A program made the position numbers and the translations under genes. A stretch of 63,229 nucleotides of DNA, filler included, from Planctomycetota bacterium (GTDB taxonomy: Bacteria; Planctomycetota; Planctomycetia; JALXBF01): assembly GCA_026991575.1 (NCBI GenBank). It is 6 parts of 6 records of this genome, joined end to end, with 100 filler letters (N's around TTAATTAATTAA, not from the genome) between each part and the next. Parts side by side here need not be neighbours in the genome. Positions count along the whole stretch, not along the records: positions 11,916 to 20,895 come from JALXBF010000012.1; positions 20,996 to 49,061 come from JALXBF010000013.1; 4 more parts are not named here. One strand, written 5' to 3'. Below the pieces are notes generated by a model, which did not search any database, was not told the origin of the DNA, and worked only from the letters and a program-made list of their open reading frames with translations. Positions 18,447-28,214 of the stretch are shown here, in pieces (positions within the stretch are counted from its first letter, which is position 1; the number at the start of each line of letters is the position of its first letter).

Positions 18447-19280
18447 CTAGAACCAGCCGGTTGCCCTGCTTGCGGCCTGCTGTCGGCGTTCGGATTCGCG
18501 CCGCTCCTGCCGGTGGTGTTCCTTCTTGATGTTCCTTCTTGACCCGTGCTGAGCGGCAAGCTGTGCAAGCGCGCGATCCGTCAGCTGCATGATGAGAAAC
18601 CGCTCGCCGAGTTGCCGATCCAGCGCCCGCGAGAACTCCGGACGCGTTCTCCGATCCCGGACCAAGCCACTTGTGGTCCCCCGGCGGTGAGTTTCAACAA
18701 TTGCGGGCGCAACCGATCGATGAGTTCCGCTTCCAACGCAGCAGACGTGGCGCGGCCATCTGTTGCCCTCTGGCGATCTCGGCGCGCCACCTTCCCCAGC
18801 TAGTCGGCCAGCGCACGTGCTTTGTCGTCATCCGCGGCGGCAGCGTCCTGATGTGTGCTACCGTCGCCTGCCCGATCAGCAAGCTGCCGTGTGGAGAGAC
18901 CGCTTGCTGACCGCAGTCAGCAGCCCGGCGTCAGCGTGGATGCGCCGCTAGCGGACGGTGCCGGTCGCTAGTCCGGGCGGATCGGGTACAGACATCGACG
19001 CGTCTTCGCGGTCCCGGCAGGCCGTGGCATGGTCCGTCGGCACTCGACAGCACGGCAGATGTGACAGCGTGGAAGGGAGCGGCTGTTCGCTGGCGAGCCA
19101 CGGTCAGCGGCAATCCTGTCCGTCGATCAGGTAGACGCGGTGATAGGTTAGCCGCTCAGTCAAGAAGCGGCCGGTGATCCTCATGGCTTACTGCGGCTGA
19201 AACTCGCCGGGGCAAGCTTTGGCCAGCCATGTCCGGGAACTTCTCCGGAGTCACGGTGTCAAAGAAGCGTACGCTAGCTT
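18447..19280 (-). pseudogene. Possible decayed gene remnants
   Basis: Protein-like fragments in shifting frames (ALEAELIDRLRPQLLKL; FSRALDRQLGERFLIMQLTDRALAQLAA), internal stops, and a 13-bp tandem duplication at 18517-18542. Confidence 0.3.
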
Positions 19281-19909
19281 AGCCGGATCGTTCCAGACCT
19301 AGGCGGAAGGCGGCCGGCGTACGACGACTTCTCAGGGCAAGTCCGCTGCTCTTGCGGCGGGCCTCTTCGGCCCTAACCGGCGCCACCCCGACTACGGCAA
19401 CCAGAGATCCAACGGACGAATCTCCGACGGGTGAAGTGCCATGCGTGATGGCTGGCCCGGAAAATGGCGAGCCATTCGGACACACTCGGTGGCGGCAAGC
19501 CGCTCGCACCGGGCGGGGGGGCGACTGCTACGTTCGCCCGCGCTCTGGGGCGTGCTTGCCGAGGCCTTCACCCAGCCCAGAATCCGGCATACGTTGGTAA
19601 TGTCTCCTCGGTCCGTCGCCCGGCTTGGTCAGCCAGGCAATCGTGCCGCGGGGACACGGCAAAAGGTGCAGTTGTGGTATGGGGCAACGTGTCGTGGGGC
19701 AGCGGCCACACTTCGACGTGATGGCTGGTGCCCGGGGAGGCGCAAGACCCTATGAGCCGTTTCGTTCGACGATGGCACGCGTAGCCCGCTTGGGGTATGC
19801 GCGATGGGCCGGTCTGACTCGCGCGCACGCAGCGCCGCGAGTGTCCAAGTGGGCTTCTCCACGGGAACGCTCTGCGCATGGGTGAACGGCTAGATAAGGA
19901 GACATTAGC

Positions 19910-20644
19910 GTGCCAGGAACGACATACATGCCAAAGAACGTCTCGCGCGGCGCCCGACGCCGCCGGCTAAACAGGCTGGTTGCCGACTGCAGAAACCAGC
20001 AACTACCCAACGCTACGCGGAACCACGCTGCGGAACAGATTACGGTCGTGCTCCAACGAATTGCTTGGCGTGTGAACATCGCCGACTTCAACGGTTCATT
20101 CGACAGCCATACATTGGAGGACGTCGTACAAACTACGATCTGCAAACTTCTTGACGAGACAAAGTACTCGACCAACGACCGTAGCGGATCGCTGCTAGGG
20201 TGGGCCTGGACCGTCATCCGGCACGAGTTCTTCGACCGGCTTCGCAGACGCGAGCAGGTGCGTCCTGGCCCCGACGACGAAGATGCTCTCGAAGAACTCG
20301 TTCCCGATTCGAGAGAAACCTGGGGAAACTGGTTCCAACAACCTTTCCCCGACCCGGACCTGAAGAAACTCGAAGCCATCCAGCCGGCACGTGACCGGCT
20401 CATCGTCGTGGCCTACATGGGACTGCACCGGAAGGTGCCTCAAATGGTCTGGCACCGATGGTGCCAGCAGGCGGGGGTAACGAACTTCCCGCCGCCACAG
20501 ATCGCCGGATTCGGGCCGGAGCGTGGGATGGCCAAGACGATTGCCAGCGCACTGGGAATTCGGCAGGATGTCGTCCACCAGGTGGTCTGTCGCAAGGGAG
20601 GTGTTTTGCGTGAGCTGGCAGCGATCCGAGACCTGAGGTACTGA
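19910..20644 (+). CDS. Divergent ECF-like sigma factor
   Basis: EDVVQTTICKLL...SLLGWAWTVIRHEFFDRLRR (region 2-like); C-terminal HTH KTIASALGIRQDVVHQVV; AAGGAG RBS. Confidence 0.7.
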   Translation: MPGTTYMPKNVSRGARRRRLNRLVADCRNQQLPNATRNHAAEQITVVLQRIAWRVNIADFNGSFDSHTLEDVVQTTICKLLDETKYSTNDRSGSLLGWAWTVIRHEFFDRLRRREQVRPGPDDEDALEELVPDSRETWGNWFQQPFPDPDLKKLEAIQPARDRLIVVAYMGLHRKVPQMVWHRWCQQAGVTNFPPPQIAGFGPERGMAKTIASALGIRQDVVHQVVCRKGGVLRELAAIRDLRY

Positions 20645-20706
20645 GCCAGTGCGGTCGCAGCGATGAAGGACGCGCTGCGTGGCACAAGTTATTAGTGGGA
20701 AAGCCG

Positions 20707-20747
20707 ACCGGGGTCCCAGCCCGACTGCCGTCGGGCTGGGCTCCGGT
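20707..20747 (+). terminator. Strong hairpin downstream of the sigma-like gene
   Basis: CCCAGCCCGAC-TGCC-GTCGGGCTGGG 11-bp perfect stem, extendable by 7 bp past a bulge; weak U tract. Confidence 0.5.
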
Positions 20748-20895
20748 TCTGCTGAGTCAAGCCTACATGACCGACTTCCCGCACATCCTCACAACAAACC
20801 GGTAGGATCCATGTCAGAGTTCGATGGCGTTGAACGTGAGTCGGTCGGGGTCTGTGAACAGCGTAACTGGCGGCAGCATGTCGGCTGCCGGCCCC

Positions 20896-20995
20896 NNNNN
20901 NNNNNNNNNNNNNNNNNNNNNNNNNNNNNNNNNNNNNNNTTAATTAATTAANNNNNNNNNNNNNNNNNNNNNNNNNNNNNNNNNNNNNNNNNNNN
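20896..20995. other. Artificial contig spacer
   Basis: N block with TTAATTAATTAA. Confidence 0.99.
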
Positions 20996-20997
20996 CA

Positions 20998-21495
20998 GCA
21001 GTCTGCCGGCTGCGCGACCGGTTCGTCTACAGTGGTCAGCCGATCGACCGGGACAACATCCTGCATCTGCGTGAGAAGCAGGTTCAGGAGCTGACGCAAA
21101 AGGGGGTGCGGAACGCGAAGTACAGCTGGGGTGGGCTGGTGGACGTTGAGTACTACACGCAGGCGCGTCAGATCGAGGCTGGAGCGACGGACCGGTCCGT
21201 GCGTGTCACCGGGACCCTGGAGGCGATCGAGCGGTTGGTGGCTGGGGGATGGCTCGAGCCGGACTTCGCCGGCCGGCTGGCGGATAGCTACCGGTTCTTG
21301 CGGAAGTTGATCGATGCGCTTCGCGTGGTTCGGGGCAATGCGCGCGACCTGAACCTGCCCCCTCAGGACGACCCGGAGTACCGCTACCTTGCCTCCCGAA
21401 TGGGCTATGGGCCCGAACAACTCACCGAGGAGCTGCACCGCGTGTTCGCCTTCACGGCTAACCTCTGGCGTGCCGAAGGGGCGACGGCCCGCTAA
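20998..21495 (+). CDS. glnE: Glutamine synthetase adenylyltransferase, C-terminal part
   Basis: NAKYSWGGLVDVEYYTQ and LADSYRFLRKL motifs; frame open from the contig start. Confidence 0.8.
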   Translation, partial: AVCRLRDRFVYSGQPIDRDNILHLREKQVQELTQKGVRNAKYSWGGLVDVEYYTQARQIEAGATDRSVRVTGTLEAIERLVAGGWLEPDFAGRLADSYRFLRKLIDALRVVRGNARDLNLPPQDDPEYRYLASRMGYGPEQLTEELHRVFAFTANLWRAEGATAR

Positions 21496-21640
21496 GTGGC
21501 CGCTGCCCTGGCAGGTGACCGGCGGCGGCTGGATCATAATGTAAAGCGGCAGCGACCAGACAAACTAGGTGAGGCCTGAGGACCTTTCTCTCCAAGCGTG
21601 CTGTCGCTATGGCAGGCGTACCGGTACGGGGATACGCACC

Positions 21641-23062
21641 ATGAGGAAGCGAGTTGCCATCCTTGTCACCGCCGTGGCACTGGGCTTTGGGCTGATCGCG
21701 GTCGGCACGTTGTCGGCGGATGAGGGGGCCTGGCAGGCCGGTGCGGCCCGTGTGGACATCACGCCTGACGAGCCGTTGCCGATGGCCGGGTATCGGAGCA
21801 GGGGGAACCGTCCGTTCCAACGGGTGGCTCAGCCGTTGTTTGCGCGCGCGCTGGTCCTCCGGGACGGTTCTGGCGAACCGGCCGTGCTCGTGACGCTGGA
21901 TCTGGTCGGCATCCCGCGCGCCTTTGGACAGCGGTTGGCTGAAGCGTGTGCGCAGCGATACGGGGTGCCGACTGAGCGGTTCATGGTGGTCTGTAGCCAC
22001 ACGCACACGGGACCGGCTGTCTACGATCGGTTTGCTTATCTGCTGGGTGCCACCGAGGCACAGCTTCAGGCGATACGCCGGTATTTGGACCGCGTCTTCG
22101 ACCGGGTAATGACGGCAATTGGCAAGGCGCTTGGGGAGACGGAGCCGGTGTCGCTCGCCTATGGCGAGAGTACGGCTGGCTTTGCGATGAACCGGCGTGC
22201 GCGCCGGGATGGACGGGTCGTGCTCGGGGTGAACCGCAAGGGTCCGGTGGATCGCAGCGTGCCGGTGCTGTGGGTGCGGGACGGAGCGGGCCAACCGCTT
22301 GCGGTGGTCTTCGGGTATGCGTGCCACTGCACGACGCTGACCGGGGAGTCGTTCGAGATCTCGGGCGATTTTGCCGGCTATGCCGCTGAGACGCTTGAAG
22401 AGCGCTTTCCCGGCGTCACGGCACTGTTCGTCACCGGCTGTGGCGGTGATGCGAATCCTTACCCGCGCGGGAATCTGGCGCTGGCCAAGCAGCACGGCGC
22501 GTCCCTGGCCCGGGCCGTCGAGGCGACGCTCAGCAGGCGACTGAAGCCGGTGCGTGGCCCGCTGCGAGCCGTGCGACGCACGGTGCCGCTGCGTTTCGCG
22601 CCCGGCCCGTCGCTGGAGGAGTTCCGCCGGCGAGCCCAGGGCGATCCGGCCCGCTACGCCACGCGGCACGCCCGCTGGATCCTGGAAGTCGCCCGCCGTC
22701 ATGGCGGCCAACTGCCCAAGGAATACCCGTACACGATCCAGGCGTGGCGGTTTGACGAGGACCTGGTCATGGTGGCCCTGGCAGGCGAGGTCGTGGTGGA
22801 GTATGCTCTCAACACGAAGCGCCGCTACGGCACGCAGCAGCAGCCGGTATGGGTGATCGCATACGCCAACGACGTCTTCGCGTATATCCCGACCGCAAGA
22901 ATGCTGGAAGAGGGGGGCTACGAGCCGATCGGATCGATGCAGTCCTGGGGCTGGCACAGCATCTGGGCAAAGGACGTGGAGCAGCGTGTGTTGCGTGGCA
23001 TCGCGGCGGCGCTACATGAGCTTGGTGCCGCGCCACCGGACGAGAAAGGTAACAGCCGCTAG
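21641..23062 (+). CDS. Neutral/alkaline ceramidase N-terminal-domain family protein
   Basis: Signal peptide; AGAARVDITP, CSHTHTGP, YACHCT, GCGGDANP and EGGYE motifs. Confidence 0.85.
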   Translation: MRKRVAILVTAVALGFGLIAVGTLSADEGAWQAGAARVDITPDEPLPMAGYRSRGNRPFQRVAQPLFARALVLRDGSGEPAVLVTLDLVGIPRAFGQRLAEACAQRYGVPTERFMVVCSHTHTGPAVYDRFAYLLGATEAQLQAIRRYLDRVFDRVMTAIGKALGETEPVSLAYGESTAGFAMNRRARRDGRVVLGVNRKGPVDRSVPVLWVRDGAGQPLAVVFGYACHCTTLTGESFEISGDFAGYAAETLEERFPGVTALFVTGCGGDANPYPRGNLALAKQHGASLARAVEATLSRRLKPVRGPLRAVRRTVPLRFAPGPSLEEFRRRAQGDPARYATRHARWILEVARRHGGQLPKEYPYTIQAWRFDEDLVMVALAGEVVVEYALNTKRRYGTQQQPVWVIAYANDVFAYIPTARMLEEGGYEPIGSMQSWGWHSIWAKDVEQRVLRGIAAALHELGAAPPDEKGNSR

Positions 23063-23123
23063 TTACGGCGATCGGACCTGACGGCTCGGGCCGCTGCGGT
23101 ACAATCCCTTGGTTCAGGCCACT

Positions 23124-24656
23124 ATGAGCAAGTCTCAGCAGGATCCAAGCATGACGGAAGGAATGGTTCTAGTACGCCTTAGCGGCGAGGTGAGCACGAA
23201 GTCGGCCCGAGTACGCCGTCGCTTCACCCAGAAGCTTCTCGACAACATGCGGGCGGCGCTTGAGGCGGTCGGCGTTCAAGCTCGCCTACGGAACGAGTGG
23301 AGCCGCGTCTTTGTCGAGGCGGCCGATGTGGACTCGGCCTGCGACGTGCTGCGCCGCGTCTTCGGTATCGCTTCTGTGTCGCCGATCGATCGGACCTGCG
23401 CCCCTGAGCTGGACGAGATCGTGCGCGTAGGCGAGGAGACCTACCGCGACGTGGTTCGCGGCAAGAGCTATGCGGTGCGGGCACGGCGTGCCGGAAAGCA
23501 CCGCTTCTCTGCCCAGGATGTCAACGTTCAACTCGGCGCAGCGCTGAATCCGTACGGCAGCGTGAACCTGGACAACCCCCAGGTGACCGTGCACGTCGAG
23601 GTCCGCCATGATGCCGCTTACCTGTTTACGCGGGTCATCCCGGGCTATGGGGGGCTGCCGGTGGGGGTTGAGGGCAAGGCCGTGTGCTTGATCTCGGGCG
23701 GGTTCGATTCGGCCGTATCGGCCTGGTTGATGCTCAAGCGGGGGGTCGAACTGGATTACGTGCTATGCAACCTCGGTGGCACCGCGTATGAGCGGCAGGT
23801 GCTGGCCGTGGTAAAGCTCCTGGCCGAAGCGTGGAGCTACGGCAGCCGGCCGCGGCTCTTTGTGCTCGATTTCGAGCGGCTGGTTCCGGCCTTGCGCGCC
23901 AAGGTGAAGCAGCAGTATCTGCAGGTCGTGTTGAAGCGGCTCATGTACCGCGTTGCCTGTCGAGTGGCTGAACTGGCCGGCGCCCACGCGGTTGTCACGG
24001 GCGAATCCGTAGGTCAGGTGTCGTCGCAGACGCTGGCAAACCTGCGCGCCATTGACGCGGTGGCAAACTACCCGGTCCTCAGGCCGGTGATCGGCTACAA
24101 CAAAGAGGAGATCACACAGCTGGCCCAGCAGATCGGCACCTACGCGCTTTCGGCCGTGGTCCAGGAATACTGCGCACTGGTCCCCAAGCACCCGGTCACG
24201 GCGGCCACGCCCCATGCTGCGGACGTTGCCGAGCAGGAGCTGGACCTGGCGATACTGGAAGAGATCTTCCGCGACCGACGCACGATCGACGTGCTGGCCG
24301 TGGACCAGGCCGACTTGGCGCTGTCGTACGTCTTTCTGGACCGGATCCCCGAAGGGGCGGTTGTGATCGACTGCCGCCCGGAGCCACTTTACGAGCAGTG
24401 GCATTACCCGGGTGCGCTGCGACGCGATGTAGAAGACCTGCTACTGAACTACAAGCAACTGCCGCGCGAGAACGAATACGTTCTGTACTGCACGTGGGGC
24501 CTACAGAGTGCTGCCCTGGCAGAAGCGATGCAGCGTGCGGGCTACCGGGCGTACAGCTTCAAAGGGGGCGTAGCGGCACTGAGACGCTACGTGGTCGATG
24601 AGAAGCGGAGCACCAGTGAGCATGATCTCGGTGCGGAATCTGCGAAAAGAGTATGA
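23124..24656 (+). CDS. thiI: tRNA 4-thiouridine synthase (THUMP, PP-loop, C-terminal rhodanese)
   Basis: GEVSTKS, GGLPVG, LISGGFDS, TGESVGQVSSQTLANL motifs; rhodanese YCTWGLQS. Confidence 0.93.
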   Translation: MSKSQQDPSMTEGMVLVRLSGEVSTKSARVRRRFTQKLLDNMRAALEAVGVQARLRNEWSRVFVEAADVDSACDVLRRVFGIASVSPIDRTCAPELDEIVRVGEETYRDVVRGKSYAVRARRAGKHRFSAQDVNVQLGAALNPYGSVNLDNPQVTVHVEVRHDAAYLFTRVIPGYGGLPVGVEGKAVCLISGGFDSAVSAWLMLKRGVELDYVLCNLGGTAYERQVLAVVKLLAEAWSYGSRPRLFVLDFERLVPALRAKVKQQYLQVVLKRLMYRVACRVAELAGAHAVVTGESVGQVSSQTLANLRAIDAVANYPVLRPVIGYNKEEITQLAQQIGTYALSAVVQEYCALVPKHPVTAATPHAADVAEQELDLAILEEIFRDRRTIDVLAVDQADLALSYVFLDRIPEGAVVIDCRPEPLYEQWHYPGALRRDVEDLLLNYKQLPRENEYVLYCTWGLQSAALAEAMQRAGYRAYSFKGGVAALRRYVVDEKRSTSEHDLGAESAKRV

Positions 24657-25551
24657 CGAGGACACGGTCGCGCTGAAGAACCTGTCGCTCGACATCGAGG
24701 AGGGGGCCATCTACGGACTGATCGGGCCCAACGGCGCTGGCAAAACAACGCTGCTGCGCATCCTGGCCACGCTACTAGAGCCCACCTACGGGCGGGTCGA
24801 GATCGCCGGGGTTGACGCACTGGAAGAGCCGGAGCGCGTGCATCCGTACATTGGTTTCATGTCCGATCGGTTCAGCCTGTACGAGGACTTGCTTGTCTGG
24901 GAATACCTGGACCACTTTGCCCGCTGCTATGGCATTGCCCCTCGGCAGCGGCGTCGGCTTATCGACGAATCGCTGGAGCTGGTCGGGCTGACGCCAAGGC
25001 GGGACAGTCTGGTCAGTTCACTATCACGCGGCATGCGCCAGAGACTGTGCTTTGCGCGCACGCTGCTGCACCAGCCCAAGGTGCTCATCCTCGACGAGCC
25101 GGCCAGCGGCATCGACCCGGCCGGCCGTCTTGAGTTCCGGGAGCTGTTGAAGACGCTCCAATCCATGGGACACACCATTCTCATCTCCTCACACATCCTG
25201 ACCGAAATGACCGACTTCTGCAGCCACATCGGCATCCTGGAGAAAGGCGAGCTACTGGTTTCAGGGCCGTTGGAGGAGGTGTTCCAGCAGCTTCACGGTG
25301 GCATTGTCGTCCGTGTCGGCCTGCTGGGACGACACGAACAGGCGGCCAGGATCGCTCGCACGCACCCGGCCGTTCGGAATGTGACGGCCAACGGTGCCGA
25401 CATCGAGATACTCTTCAACGGACCTAAGGAGGAGATTCCATCACTCGTAAAGCTGCTTGCCCAGGAGGATGTGCCGCTCATCAGGGTCGAGCTCGTGGAG
25501 CGCGACCTGGAGAGCATCTACTTGAGGTTGGCTTCGACAGAGATCAGTTGA
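24622..25551 (+). CDS. ABC transporter ATP-binding protein (ABC-2 type)
   Basis: GPNGAGKTT, LSRGMRQR, LILDEP and ISSH motifs. Confidence 0.95.
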   Translation: MISVRNLRKEYDEDTVALKNLSLDIEEGAIYGLIGPNGAGKTTLLRILATLLEPTYGRVEIAGVDALEEPERVHPYIGFMSDRFSLYEDLLVWEYLDHFARCYGIAPRQRRRLIDESLELVGLTPRRDSLVSSLSRGMRQRLCFARTLLHQPKVLILDEPASGIDPAGRLEFRELLKTLQSMGHTILISSHILTEMTDFCSHIGILEKGELLVSGPLEEVFQQLHGGIVVRVGLLGRHEQAARIARTHPAVRNVTANGADIEILFNGPKEEIPSLVKLLAQEDVPLIRVELVERDLESIYLRLASTEIS

Positions 25552-25572
25552 CCGGGGCGTGCGGAGGCAATC

Positions 25573-27204
25573 GTGCGAACGCTGCACCTGATGTTCATCG
25601 ACAATCCGTTCCTCATCAAAGCGCTCCGCGCCCGACGGCACGGCGGAAAGATCTACTTACTGCCCGTGCTTCTCGTCCTTCTCGGACTGCTCGGTATCGG
25701 CGCAACCTTCGAGTTGGCCCGCCGCTTCGGTGAGCTCCACAGCAACTTCGCGTATTACATGCAGACCTTCGACGCGATCTATCTGACCGCCGTCATGGGC
25801 ACCGTGCTGATCCTGGCCGTAACCGCGGCATCCCAGGGGATGGTGCAGGAGGTGGTCAGCGGCACACTGGAATTCCAACGGCTCACCACGCTCACCGTTC
25901 GCCAGATTGTGCTCGGGAAGGCCGTCGGGGAACCGATCGTTGCCTACCTGGTGATCTTCGCCACCTTCCCCATCCTGGTGATCACCACGCTGCTGGGGGG
26001 CTATCCATTGCGGTACAAGCTGATGGCGGTGCTGCTGAGTCTGACGACGACCTTCTGCATGGCCTGCATGGCGACGATCATTCCGGTGCGATCGGTGGAG
26101 AAGAGCGGCAAGGGGTGGAGTCCTGTGGCCGGCTTGCTGTTCGGCTTCGGCTGGTTCCTGTTACCCGTCGTGGTTGCAGCACAGGCTGATGGCATGATCG
26201 GATTTCTCGTGGGCCTGGTCCTGCCGCTGCCCTTTGTCGTCGAGCTGTGGCTGGGCGATTTGTTTTCACGATCAATTGCACTGTTTGGGTCCGTCCAGGT
26301 CATCATCGACTTCGTGACACCATTTGCTCAGGTGCTGCTCGGGCTGTTGGCGGCGACCATGGCCGCGCGCCTCCTCAGACAAGACGAGCGGCCACCGATT
26401 CACCGGGTCGTAGGATACCTGATCGCCGTCGTACTGAGCATCGCCTACGCTGCGCTGGTGCGGTCCCCGGGAATACCGACCACCCTGGAAAGCTCCTGCG
26501 TCTATCCCCTGGGGCTGTCCGCAATGGTATTGATCGTTTTCCTGCTTTCGGTTCCCGACAGGGATGGCTACAAGCGATGGATCTGGCGTGACTCTGAGAA
26601 GGAAACGAGCATCCTTCGGTACCTTTACGCGGATCGCAGCCCCGGATGGATGGCGCTGACCGTGTATGCGTTCATCGTCGCATGGGCAAGTATCCTGTTT
26701 CTGGTGGCGAATCCGCAATGGCCGGCAGTTTACCGGCAGATGTACGAGGTGGCAGCCATTACAGGCTTCTTGTCGTTGGTGGCTTACGGAGCAGTTGCGC
26801 ACGCCGTATCGCTCGCATTCGGACGCGTCGCTGTGGCCACCATCGTACTGTGTGAGGTGGCATTCCTGGTGGTAGGCCTAGGTGTGGAGTTCGTATTGCA
26901 TGGCTACATCACCGACGCGCCGCACGATTGGAATACGCTTACCGGCATGTCCCTCCCGCTTTTCTTCGCCGTCCTGTTCGACGCGTTGAGGTGGACCGAT
27001 GCGGGCGACATACCGTGGATGCACCTGTCGGTTTTCGTCGTCGTGCGGCTTGCGTTGCTAGTGCTGGCAGTCGCCTTTATCGCCTGGTGGACACCGCGAT
27101 GCTGGCGGCGGATCCTGGTTAAGAAGCGGAGCATGGGGGTGCTGCCTGAGCAGAGGGATGGCGGTCCGATGATGGCCGGGCCGGTAGAGCTGGCGGGGGC
27201 GTAG
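25573..27204 (+). CDS. ABC-2 type permease-like polytopic membrane protein
   Basis: DNPFLIK..R, E..SGTLEFQRLT...IVLGK; more than 10 TMs; follows the ATPase gene. Confidence 0.8.
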   Translation: MRTLHLMFIDNPFLIKALRARRHGGKIYLLPVLLVLLGLLGIGATFELARRFGELHSNFAYYMQTFDAIYLTAVMGTVLILAVTAASQGMVQEVVSGTLEFQRLTTLTVRQIVLGKAVGEPIVAYLVIFATFPILVITTLLGGYPLRYKLMAVLLSLTTTFCMACMATIIPVRSVEKSGKGWSPVAGLLFGFGWFLLPVVVAAQADGMIGFLVGLVLPLPFVVELWLGDLFSRSIALFGSVQVIIDFVTPFAQVLLGLLAATMAARLLRQDERPPIHRVVGYLIAVVLSIAYAALVRSPGIPTTLESSCVYPLGLSAMVLIVFLLSVPDRDGYKRWIWRDSEKETSILRYLYADRSPGWMALTVYAFIVAWASILFLVANPQWPAVYRQMYEVAAITGFLSLVAYGAVAHAVSLAFGRVAVATIVLCEVAFLVVGLGVEFVLHGYITDAPHDWNTLTGMSLPLFFAVLFDALRWTDAGDIPWMHLSVFVVVRLALLVLAVAFIAWWTPRCWRRILVKKRSMGVLPEQRDGGPMMAGPVELAGA

Positions 27205-27209
27205 CGGTG

Positions 27210-27671
27210 ATGGCTGCGCGTTGCCGACCACGCCGCCAGGATCCCTTGCCCGCGCACAGTTGGTGGCAGCATGCGGAGTCAGCGCTAGCGGCAGCCGACA
27301 CACTGGCAGGCGCTGCCCTGTACCACTGGGCGTGTTTCTGCTGCCACCAAGCAGCTGAGGCTGCGCTGAAGGCTTTGCTGATTCACCTTGGCCGAACCGA
27401 CCTGCTCGAACATCACTCCCTTGCCGATCTCCTCCGCCATGCCGCCCGCCGCCGTCCGGGGCTGCGATCGGTTCGACCTGCCGCTCGCGCCCTGGACTGG
27501 CACTACCTCAAGGCCCGCTATCCGCAGGCGCGGTACCGGTGGCGACCACCCGCCGAGCTGTACAACCGCAAAGACTACGAGGTCTGCTCAGAGTTCGCCC
27601 GTTCGATCCTGGCTGCGTGCCGAACCGCGGCTACAGAAGTGGCTCCGGGATCAGGGGGACAGAACGGCTAA
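27210..27671 (+). CDS. HEPN domain protein
   Basis: WACFCCHQAAEAALKALL, HSLADLL and LDWHYLKARYP motifs. Confidence 0.85.
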   Translation: MAARCRPRRQDPLPAHSWWQHAESALAAADTLAGAALYHWACFCCHQAAEAALKALLIHLGRTDLLEHHSLADLLRHAARRRPGLRSVRPAARALDWHYLKARYPQARYRWRPPAELYNRKDYEVCSEFARSILAACRTAATEVAPGSGGQNG

Positions 27672-27944
27672 GCACGCCGAGAGTTCCGGCACGGCGATGG
27701 TCACGGCCTGCTCGGCCGCCGGGCCTAGGTCAGCTCTTGTGGTGTTGGCGGTGGAGAGATGTCAGGCGGGTCAAGGGCGCTGCCGCCGTTGTGCGCGTTG
27801 TTGGCCCCGGCGTTGCGCCTCGTGGGGAGCGGTCAGAGAGGTTTCATGCGGTGGGATGCGCGGCAGAGACGGCGGCGTGGAGCTTTGCGCGCCCGGCAGC
27901 GGGACGGCCAGCCCTCTGTCGGGGCACGTACACACCAGGTGGCC

Positions 27945-28150
27945 GGGCGTGGCACCGGACGCCGCCCCCGCGGCGGCGCGGACCGCGTCGGGCGAGGGAA
28001 AAAAAGACACTGCGTGACCGAGGCCGCGATTCAGTCAACGTGACGTCCAAGGGGAAAGAATCCCCTGGCCACTGATCCATCACGGCGGCACACGCAGGAA
28101 CCAAACGGCCCGTCCCGCCGGCAGGTGGCCGCGTGACGATTACCACGCCC
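27945..28150 (-). ncRNA. Candidate structured RNA or long-stem terminator
   Basis: 88-nt imperfect hairpin 28010-28097 followed by T7 on the minus strand; outer 10-bp pairing of 27945-27954 with 28141-28150. Confidence 0.4.
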
Positions 28151-28214
28151 CGCCTTGTAGTGACCCACCACGGAACCTGAGAATCGGACGCTCAGTTGCC
28201 ACGGGCCATGCCGC

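Noticed and set aside
27950..28075. Possible sigma54 promoter (TGGCAC) or cobalamin riboswitch fragments (GCCCCCGC, GCCACTG)
   Set aside because: GG-to-GC spacing is off by one, riboswitch core elements are incomplete, and no gene lies downstream on that strand.
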